Of a stretch of 36,126 bases of DNA, positions 25,181-32,382 are shown piece after piece; position 1 is the first letter of the stretch; each line of letters opens with the position of its first letter. This DNA is from a virus. Lineage: Duplodnaviria; Caudoviricetes. A program made the translations under genes and the position numbers. Where the stretch lies: the IMG/VR virus record IMGVR_UViG_3300047290_000027, positions 1 through 36,126 of that record. One strand, written 5' to 3'. Under the pieces are notes generated by a model. That model saw nothing but the letters and a program-made list of their open reading frames with translations. It did no database searches and was not told the DNA's origin.

Positions 25181-27222
25181 CCAAGCAGCTCGGCAATGCG
25201 AAAAAAGCAAATGGGCAATGGGTAGCCAGCTGTCCAGTACCTGGTCACGGCAAAGGAAATGGAGACAAGAATCCATCACTCAGCATAGACATCAATGATG
25301 ATGGTAAGCCGTTGTTCCATTGCCACGGCGGGTGCTCACAAGAAGACGTGTTCCAGACGATCAGGGAACTGCACCTGCTTCCGGAACTAATGGAGCGCCC
25401 TGATCCACTCGCCAACATTAAACCGATACCGCGCAATGTGCTGGAGCAGGAGTGGCAGTATCAGGACGAGGACAGGACAACGGTATTCGTCAAGCAGCGG
25501 TACAAGGTAGGAGACACAGGGAAAACCTACAGGCTGTACAAGGTTGACGCTGATGGCCGCAGGCACTCAAGCCTTGGGGATGCACGCATAGTGCCGTACA
25601 ACTTACCCGCGCTGCTGGACGCGAAGACCGCAGGCAGGAACATCTTTTTGGTGGAAGGCGAGAAAGCCGCAGATGCCATCACGTCAATTGGCATGATCGC
25701 AACAACGGCGCACACTGGAGCAGGCAGCTGGCCGGAGGCCATCACCGAGTATTTCGCTGGTGCTCAGGTCATCATATTGCCGGATAACGACACGCCTGGC
25801 TGGCAGTACGCACACAAGGCAGTCCAAGCAATACTGCCCATCGCCAAATCGGTAAAGGTAGTTGACCTCGGGCTGCAAGGCCAAGGCGATGATGCCTATG
25901 AATTCATTGAGGCTGGCGCAGGCAGGGACAAGCTGGTGGCGCTGGTCAAGGCAGCGCAAATCATCACCAGCGTGGATCAGGTAACGATGCCCGAAAGGTT
26001 GAATCCGATTACGAATTCAGTGGTGGAAGTCACCATGGCCGCGTGGAACTTAGAGCAGGACATCGCCAAGGAGTTTGAGTCAGAGCCAGCGCCAGCAGTA
26101 CAAGCCAAGCCGCCAAAGCAGATCAACATAGAGCATTGGGACAGCATCCAAGACGAGCCGGTGAAGTGGATGATAGATAAGGTGTTGCCGGTAGGCTCAT
26201 TCAGCGCCTTGTATGGACCACCAGGCTCGTTCAAGTCGTTCATTGCCTTGGACATTGCCGAGGCGATCGCCACAGGCAGGACGTGGATGGGCAATCAAGT
26301 GACAGAGCAAGGCGCGGTGCTGTACCTGTGCGGTGAGGGCTTTGGCGGTGTCGGCGCAAGGATTAAGGCAATTAAGCAGCACCACGGCACCGAGGACGGT
26401 GCGCCGATCTACGTCATCAGGCACCAACTCAACCTGAGATCGAGCGTGGAGGACTTCAACGCGCTCATGATCGCAGTGGAAAACCTAGTCACAGAACTCG
26501 GCATCGACTTCAAGCTGATCATCATCGACACATTAGCTAGGGCATTTGGCGGTGGCAACGAGAATGACTCCAGCGATATGGGATCGTTCATCGCCAGCTG
26601 CGGACGCATCCAGCAGATCGTTCAGGACTGCGCCTTGATGATCCTGCACCACAGCGGAAAGGATGCCACCAAAGGACTGCGCGGCCACTCCAGCCTCTTA
26701 GGCGCGGTAGACACCGAACTGGAACTGATCCGGTTTGAGGACTCCATGAAAGGGATCATCCGCACGGCCAAGCAAAAGGACGGCGAGGACGGCACAAGAA
26801 TCGGCTTTGAGATGGTCAGCGTGGAACTCGCGCCGCCAGCTGGATCGCTGCAAATAGGTGATCCGATCACAAGTCTGGCGGTGCAGGCCAGCGAGATAGG
26901 TGAACACGAAGATAAGAAAAATAACGCCAGCAGTGGATCAAAACTTACCGCGCAAGAGTCTAAAGCACTGACCTGTTTAGAGAATGTGATTAAACAAAAA
27001 GGAATGCTAAAGGCTATGGAGGGTAATCAGAGAATGTGCGTCTTAATAGAAGATTGGGAACTTGAATTTAGGGCGAAATTAGGACGCAAACCAAGCGGAG
27101 ACAAAACATTTGATAAGGCATGGTCTCGCGCTAAAGAGAAACTGACAGCTCATAAACTTATGGATATGAGAGATGAATGGGTATGGATGCTTCATAAGAC
27201 TGTAGACAGTGAGTCTTTTTGA
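25162..27222 (+). CDS. Primase-helicase (Zn finger + TOPRIM + AAA_25/RepA-type helicase)
   Basis: CPVPGH...HCHGGC; VEGEKAAD, LPDND; Walker A GPPGSFKS, Walker B IIIDT, HHSGKD-RGHSSL; start reassigned to ATG 25162 after GAGG. Confidence 0.9.
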   Translation: MQAEQIAKQLGNAKKANGQWVASCPVPGHGKGNGDKNPSLSIDINDDGKPLFHCHGGCSQEDVFQTIRELHLLPELMERPDPLANIKPIPRNVLEQEWQYQDEDRTTVFVKQRYKVGDTGKTYRLYKVDADGRRHSSLGDARIVPYNLPALLDAKTAGRNIFLVEGEKAADAITSIGMIATTAHTGAGSWPEAITEYFAGAQVIILPDNDTPGWQYAHKAVQAILPIAKSVKVVDLGLQGQGDDAYEFIEAGAGRDKLVALVKAAQIITSVDQVTMPERLNPITNSVVEVTMAAWNLEQDIAKEFESEPAPAVQAKPPKQINIEHWDSIQDEPVKWMIDKVLPVGSFSALYGPPGSFKSFIALDIAEAIATGRTWMGNQVTEQGAVLYLCGEGFGGVGARIKAIKQHHGTEDGAPIYVIRHQLNLRSSVEDFNALMIAVENLVTELGIDFKLIIIDTLARAFGGGNENDSSDMGSFIASCGRIQQIVQDCALMILHHSGKDATKGLRGHSSLLGAVDTELELIRFEDSMKGIIRTAKQKDGEDGTRIGFEMVSVELAPPAGSLQIGDPITSLAVQASEIGEHEDKKNNASSGSKLTAQESKALTCLENVIKQKGMLKAMEGNQRMCVLIEDWELEFRAKLGRKPSGDKTFDKAWSRAKEKLTAHKLMDMRDEWVWMLHKTVDSESF

Positions 27223-27224
27223 TA

Positions 27225-27240
27225 CTGTGTTTATATACAT
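27225..27240. promoter_or_regulatory. Degenerate LexA/SOS-box-like sequence
   Basis: CTGT-GTTTATAT-ACAT vs consensus CTGT-N8-ACAG (one mismatch). Confidence 0.3.
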
Positions 27241-27246
27241 TAAAAA

Positions 27247-27334
27247 TGGAGACATTTGGAGACATTTGGAGACATTGTCTCCGTGAATGGAGACACGACA
27301 AACGAGAGTCTATAAGACTCGTAGTTTGTCTCCA
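27247..27334. repeat. Iteron-like repeats, candidate replication origin
   Basis: TGGAGACATT x3 tandem (27247-27276), TGGAGACA at 27288, inverted copies ending 27282 and 27334, hairpin GAGTC-TATAA-GACTC. Confidence 0.75.
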
Positions 27335-27374
27335 TCAGTGTCGCCGACACCAATTTATTTGAAAGGAAACCGAA

Positions 27375-28058
27375 ATGGCAACAAAGCAAAAGAGTAGACA
27401 GCATCCACCAGCAACGAGTCCAAGTCCACAAGCAGACCCTTGGACGATTTATGTGCAATCAAAACTGGTGGAGTTGGAGTCAGCCAAGGCAGTCAGCGAC
27501 AGGAAATGGGGAGAAAATCGACTGATTACTTTAGTTGACAGTCAACTCAGAGAGAAATTCTGGATTCAGAACGCCAGATTGCAGCAAGCAGTCACGGCAA
27601 AGGATCAGCCGAAATTCGATTCAAGCCTGGCGGGAATGATCAGGGCGTATGGCGTGCTGGATCAGTGGGCAGCCGATCAAGGCATAACGCCAGCCAGCGA
27701 CAGCATCCCAAGGATTGAGTGGGAAATGCAAAACGGCCAGGTCATGGTGATTGTCAGAACGGTCAACGAGGCCGTGGCAATACAGCGGGAGCGTCAAGAC
27801 ATCAGCAACCAGAACATCTGGAGCATGGAAGAGATTGAGGTGCTGATGGCCGATCCTCGTATGCAGGAGATTATCAAGATCAAAGCATTATTCCCAACAG
27901 CCAAAGTAACCGGATTCAAACCAGCGCCAGACTTCAAGCTTGGCGGCGCAACAGGATTTGATGACTTTGAAAACGACTTGAAATTCGATGACAATGAAGT
28001 CATGGAAAAGAAATTCGACACCAAACTCGCAGGAAGGCTCAAAAATGCAGCGAATTAA
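27375..28058 (+). CDS. Hypothetical protein
   Basis: 227 aa, GAAAGGA RBS, between primase-helicase and terS. Confidence 0.8.
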   Translation: MATKQKSRQHPPATSPSPQADPWTIYVQSKLVELESAKAVSDRKWGENRLITLVDSQLREKFWIQNARLQQAVTAKDQPKFDSSLAGMIRAYGVLDQWAADQGITPASDSIPRIEWEMQNGQVMVIVRTVNEAVAIQRERQDISNQNIWSMEEIEVLMADPRMQEIIKIKALFPTAKVTGFKPAPDFKLGGATGFDDFENDLKFDDNEVMEKKFDTKLAGRLKNAAN

Positions 28059-28115
28059 ACAATGGGTACTGGATATCGTCCAGCGGATTAAAACGGCTCT
28101 GAGGAGGGTCTGAGC

Positions 28116-28547
28116 GTGGCAGGAAGACCGAAATTCAGACAGGACATGACTCTGCTTGAGGATTTGCCTCACGACATGATTGTGTCCATGTTTGAGGCAG
28201 GCAAGTCACAGACAACGATCTGCTACGAACTTGGCATTGGGCGCAGGGCGCTAGAGCAATGGATCGAAGATACCGATCCCTCTATAATTGCGCGTGCGCG
28301 CGCGATAGCCGCCGATAAGTTGGCGGTAGAGACAATGTCCATTGCGGATGACATGGACGTGGAGCATCCGCAGCGCGATGTCCAGCGTATCCGAACCAGG
28401 CAATGGCTGGCCGAACGATGGGATCAGAAGACTTACGGCTTACAAAAGGCTGCCTCGATCAACATCAACATCCAAGATTTACGCATGGCCGCGCTGCGCC
28501 ATGTTGAAGTGGTTGACGAGTTATCCACAGGCGAGAGGCAGGATTGA
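28116..28547 (+). CDS. terS: Terminase small subunit
   Basis: N-terminal HTH, ARARA-AAD-L---IAD, RIRTRQWLAERW---YG pattern; upstream of terL. Confidence 0.75.
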   Translation: MAGRPKFRQDMTLLEDLPHDMIVSMFEAGKSQTTICYELGIGRRALEQWIEDTDPSIIARARAIAADKLAVETMSIADDMDVEHPQRDVQRIRTRQWLAERWDQKTYGLQKAASININIQDLRMAALRHVEVVDELSTGERQD

Positions 28548-28628
28548 GCCATGATTGAACACATTGCCCTGTGGATAACGCAACTCTGCCTGTTTGTTGA
28601 GCAAATACTGGTCAGTTATCCACAATTG

Positions 28629-28656
28629 ACTTAACATAATGGACATCGTGTAAAAT
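28629..28656 (-). other. dif-like XerC/XerD recombination site
   Basis: Minus strand ATTTTACACGA-TGTCCA-TTATGTTAAGT; XerD arm 10/11 to TTATGTTAAAT; 11-6-11 architecture. Confidence 0.75.
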
Positions 28657-28689
28657 GGAATATGTCAGCATTCTGTAAGAAAGCATATA

Positions 28690-28702
28690 GATCAATGACT
28701 TG
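28690..28702 (+). promoter_or_regulatory. IHF-like binding site
   Basis: GATCAA-TGAC-TTG vs WATCAANNNNTTR (one mismatch), A/T-rich 5' flank. Confidence 0.45.
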
Positions 28703-28865
28703 CATGAATAGTGGATTGTGGATAACTTTCAGCGGTAAAGTGGCCGCTGCTGGCGCTGGAGCGTGCCGCTGGCCGTGGGCGGCTGCGATCCCCCCCTTGC
28801 GCGATTTCGGCGGGGGCGGCTGAAGATGCAACCGAACACCTACCGAATCCCATAGCCCACCGCCT

Positions 28866-30338
28866 ATGACCGACCCCCATACCCCCACTGCGACAAAGCC
28901 GCGCGTCCCGAAAAAAAATTCCGAGGATTTGCTGGCGAATAACCCGTTTGTCGAATTCGTCAAGCTGTACAAGAACAACCCTGTACTTTTCGTCAGAGAG
29001 GTGCTGAACACTGAGCCTGACCCGTGGCAAGTGGAATTCTTGAATCATATTGCGTCAGGCAACCGGCGTATCTCTGTCAGATCAGGCCATGGCGTTGGGA
29101 AGTCCACGGCGAGCGCCTGGGCGATGATCTGGTACTTGCTGCTGCGCTTTCCGGTGAAGGTGGTGGTGACAGCGCCAACGAGCAGCCAGTTGTATGACGC
29201 GCTGTTTGCGGAGGTCAAGCGGTGGGTGAAGGTGCTGCCGCCGATGCTGGCTGATATGTTGGAGGTTAAGCAGGACAGGATTGAGGTGAAAGATGCCAAC
29301 GAGGAGGCGTTTATCTCAGCCAGGACATCTAGAGCCGAGCAGCCCGAGGCGCTCCAAGGGGTTCACAGTGACCATGTGATGCTGGTGGGGGACGAGGCCA
29401 GCGGTATTCCGGAGAAGGTGTTTGAGGCGGCCAGCGGCTCAATGTCGGGGCATAACGCCGTCACGCTGCTACTGGGTAATCCGGTGCGAAGTAGCGGATT
29501 CTTCTACGACACCCATAACCGTCTGGCGGGGGATTGGGTGACGATGAAGGTGTCCTGCGCCGACTCACCGCGCGTGTCTGAGGCTTACATTGAGGAGATG
29601 AAGTCGCGGTACGGCGAGGAGAGCAATGCTTACCGCATCCGCGTGCTGGGTGAGTTTCCAAGGAGTGACGAGGATACGGTTATTCCCATGGAGCTGTTGG
29701 ACTTGGCGATGAATCGGGACGTGGTGGCGAGTCCTTATGCGCCGCTGGTCTGGGGATTGGACGTTGCAAGGTTTGGCTCGGATCGCTCGGCGCTGTGCAA
29801 GCGGCGGGGGAATGCGGTGATTGAGCCGATTAAGACGTGGAAGAATTTGGACTTGATGCAGCTGACGGGCGCGGTGGTGGTTGAGTTTGAGGCGTTGCCG
29901 CCAAGCGACAGGCCGGAGGAGATACTGGTGGACAGCATTGGGCTTGGTGCTGGAGTGGTGGATCGGCTGAAGGAGTTGGGTTTACCGGCTCGCGGAATAA
30001 ACGTCAGCGAGTCACCGGCCATGGGTGGGACTTACCGGAATCTGAAGGCCGAGCTTTGGTACAAGGCCAAGGCGTGGCTGGAGCAGCGGGACTGTCGGCT
30101 GCCCAAGGATGAGTTGCTGGTGGCCGAGTTGGCGACCGTGCGTTATATGTTTACGTCTAACGGAAAGATTCAGATTGAGAGCAAGGATGAGATCAAGAAG
30201 CGGGGGTTGGCCTCTCCGGACAAGGCTGATGCGTTCTGTTTGACGTTTGCCTCAGACGCTGTAATCGGCATGATGGGGTCAAAGGCCAGCACCAAGTGGG
30301 GACAGCCGTTGAAAAGAAACCTGTCAAGGGTTGCATAA
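28866..30338 (+). CDS. terL: Terminase large subunit
   Basis: Walker A VRSGHGVGKS, Walker B LVGDEASG, LGNP coupling motif, nuclease WGLDVARFGSD...SPDKADA. Confidence 0.95.
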   Translation: MTDPHTPTATKPRVPKKNSEDLLANNPFVEFVKLYKNNPVLFVREVLNTEPDPWQVEFLNHIASGNRRISVRSGHGVGKSTASAWAMIWYLLLRFPVKVVVTAPTSSQLYDALFAEVKRWVKVLPPMLADMLEVKQDRIEVKDANEEAFISARTSRAEQPEALQGVHSDHVMLVGDEASGIPEKVFEAASGSMSGHNAVTLLLGNPVRSSGFFYDTHNRLAGDWVTMKVSCADSPRVSEAYIEEMKSRYGEESNAYRIRVLGEFPRSDEDTVIPMELLDLAMNRDVVASPYAPLVWGLDVARFGSDRSALCKRRGNAVIEPIKTWKNLDLMQLTGAVVVEFEALPPSDRPEEILVDSIGLGAGVVDRLKELGLPARGINVSESPAMGGTYRNLKAELWYKAKAWLEQRDCRLPKDELLVAELATVRYMFTSNGKIQIESKDEIKKRGLASPDKADAFCLTFASDAVIGMMGSKASTKWGQPLKRNLSRVA

Positions 30339-30366
30339 TTGACGTAATTGTTTAAAGGGGTAAATT

Positions 30367-30537
30367 ATGAAGATGACAAAAGTGGCGAAGAAGGTGGGCA
30401 AAGTGATGCATGAATTCAAGACCGGCAAGCTGCACTCTGGTGCTGGCGGCAAGGTTGTGAAGAATCCCAAGCAGGCCATTGCCATTGCGATGTCCGAAGC
30501 CAAGATGCCTATGAAGGCCAAAAAAGGGAAGATATAA
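30367..30537 (+). CDS. Small basic protein, DUF6496-like (56 aa, not in ORF track)
   Basis: MKMTKVAKKVGKVMHEFKTGKLHSGAGGKVVKNPKQAIAIAMSEAKMPMKAKKGKI; TAATG coupling. Confidence 0.8.
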   Translation: MKMTKVAKKVGKVMHEFKTGKLHSGAGGKVVKNPKQAIAIAMSEAKMPMKAKKGKI

Positions 30538-31067
30538 TGGCTACCATGCAACGCACCATGGCGCAGGCCATGGATCAAAAGCCTGGCTATCAGGACACCA
30601 GCGCCAGCTGCCCTGCTCCAACGCAGGACGTGACGCTTAACCTGAAGAATCGTGCCAAGGCTATTACCAGCGCGGCTTACGGCCCTGAAAATCCCGCGCT
30701 ACCTAATACGCCGTTCTGGAACAAGAAGGCTGATACATGGGACGTGAGCATTGATGACGCTAAGAAGTCGAGATGCGGAAACTGCGCGGCATTCAATGTG
30801 TCCGATAAGTTGAAGCAGTGCATTGCTGACGGCATTGGCCGTGAGGCTGATCCATGGGGAACGATTAAGCTGGCCGACTTGGGCTACTGCGAGATATTCG
30901 ACTTCAAGTGCGCCGGTACGCGCACCTGTGACGCTTGGGTTGTTGGCGGCCCGAATACCGGTGACGGCGGTGATGGCGGTGAGAATGGGGGAATGGATGC
31001 GGAAACGTCAGATTCTGGAGTTGATTCACTCCTCACTATCAAAATTGGGGGCAGCAATGGCGACTAA
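30537..31067 (+). CDS. Cys-rich putative metal-binding protein
   Basis: CGNC...GYC-----C-----CDAW. Confidence 0.75.
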   Translation: MATMQRTMAQAMDQKPGYQDTSASCPAPTQDVTLNLKNRAKAITSAAYGPENPALPNTPFWNKKADTWDVSIDDAKKSRCGNCAAFNVSDKLKQCIADGIGREADPWGTIKLADLGYCEIFDFKCAGTRTCDAWVVGGPNTGDGGDGGENGGMDAETSDSGVDSLLTIKIGGSNGD

Positions 31068-31215
31068 ATCTGGGCTTTATGCCAACATCAACGCCAAGCA
31101 AAAGCGCATCGCGGCTGGCTCTGGCGAGAAGATGAATAAGGTTGGCTCTAAGGCAGCGCCATCTGCTGCCGACTTCAAGCTGGCGGCCAAGACTGCGAAG
31201 AAGCCGAAGAAGTGA
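31057..31215 (+). CDS. Small Lys/Ala-rich basic protein (52 aa)
   Basis: Start reassigned to ATG 31057; MATKSGLYANINAKQKRIAAGSGEKM...KTAKKPKK. Confidence 0.75.
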   Translation: MATKSGLYANINAKQKRIAAGSGEKMNKVGSKAAPSAADFKLAAKTAKKPKK

Positions 31216-31910
31216 TCTCACCGATATGCATCTCAACAGTACACGGCAAAGGTTTGCGGGTGATGCTCACCAGCATTGCCGAGTACTGTCCAGAAGTGCC
31301 TGTCTATTTGCGAGGGCCAGAGTCCATCATTGGCGGCTTTAACGCTGACTTCAAACTGTTTGGTGTTGCGCGCAATTTTGGTCTTGACTACAACGAGATC
31401 ATTGACCGTGCCTTTACCGATGGGTTTGAGTCAGTGATCTGCGCCAATGACGATATTGTGCTGACACCAACGAGCTACCGGCTGCTGATGGAGGATGTCA
31501 AGCAACTGAAGGCAGAAACCGGTGAGCCGGTGGGCTGGGTTTCTGCGCGGTGCGATGCAGCCAGGCCAGTGCAAAACGTGCGCTCTAACCCATTTAATCA
31601 GCAGCTGCACTACTTCAAGTACCCTTATGAAGACGCAATTGTTCCGATGGAATGCCCCTCCCCTATCTTTGCATGGATTGGTGCCGATGCGTGGAGCGCG
31701 GCTGTATTTCCACCGCTTAATTGGTACTCAGATGACGTTCATTGCGAGGATTTGCGTGCCGCTGGCTTTCACCATTACCTGAGCCGGTCATATGTGCATC
31801 ACATTGGCAGCCAGACGATAGGCATGAACGGTGACGCACTGACCAAGGCCGCCATCCCGTGGCTATTACAGAACAGGCCAGAATATGCAAAGCAGTGGTT
31901 TGACACTTAA
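31212..31910 (+). CDS. GT-A fold (GT2-like) glycosyltransferase
   Basis: ICANDDIVL, WYSDDVHC, YVHHIGSQT motifs. Confidence 0.75.
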   Translation: MISPICISTVHGKGLRVMLTSIAEYCPEVPVYLRGPESIIGGFNADFKLFGVARNFGLDYNEIIDRAFTDGFESVICANDDIVLTPTSYRLLMEDVKQLKAETGEPVGWVSARCDAARPVQNVRSNPFNQQLHYFKYPYEDAIVPMECPSPIFAWIGADAWSAAVFPPLNWYSDDVHCEDLRAAGFHHYLSRSYVHHIGSQTIGMNGDALTKAAIPWLLQNRPEYAKQWFDT

Positions 31911-32382
31911 CTTAGGCTCCGGCAAGGACTACAAGCCTGATTGCGTGAATGCTGACATTCGTGCAGATGTTGGTGCCGATTGGGTGGTGGATATTGGTGC
32001 GCCGATGCAGATTGACCGTCAGTTTTCCAAGATCATTGCCAATGATGTGCTGGAACACATACCGAACTTAGTGCAGGCCATGACCAACTGCCGCGACTTG
32101 CTGGTGGATGGTGGAGAGATGCATATCCATGTGCCGTATGACCTGAGCCATGGCGCATGGCAAGACCCAACACACGTCAGAGCATTCAATGAAAAATCAT
32201 GGGTGTACTACTGCGAATGGGCGTGGTACTTGGGCTGGAAGGGCAGCAAGTTTGAGATGACGCATTTGGAGATGCGCCTAAGCGAGTACGGCGCAAGCCT
32301 AAAATTACCGCAAGATGAGATATTGCGGCTGCCTCGCGCCGTAGACTCTATGTACGTTATTCTGAAGAAAGTAACAGCATGA
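31885..32382 (+). CDS. Class I SAM-dependent methyltransferase (Methyltransf_11-like)
   Basis: LNLGSG, VNADI, DVLEHI, LL-DGG---I-VP, QDPTH. Confidence 0.85.
   Translation: MQSSGLTLNLGSGKDYKPDCVNADIRADVGADWVVDIGAPMQIDRQFSKIIANDVLEHIPNLVQAMTNCRDLLVDGGEMHIHVPYDLSHGAWQDPTHVRAFNEKSWVYYCEWAWYLGWKGSKFEMTHLEMRLSEYGASLKLPQDEILRLPRAVDSMYVILKKVTA

Larger units (their letters stand above)
28521..28725. promoter_or_regulatory. Cluster of four perfect DnaA boxes (TTATCCACA)
   Basis: 28521-28529 (+), 28570-28578 (-), 28616-28624 (+), 28717-28725 (-). Confidence 0.85.

Noticed and set aside
27247-27334. CRISPR-like or mini-array
   Set aside because: Repeats are 8-10 bp and contiguous with no unique spacers; the Cas4-like gene is a standalone phage exonuclease.
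28631-29048. Minus-strand ORFs 28631..29011 and 28692..29048
   Set aside because: Antisense to terL and run through the regulatory locus; no RBS or recognisable motifs.
30823-31056. 5' extension of the ORF 30823..31215
   Set aside because: Overlaps the Cys-rich gene; only the part from ATG 31057 looks like a real protein.
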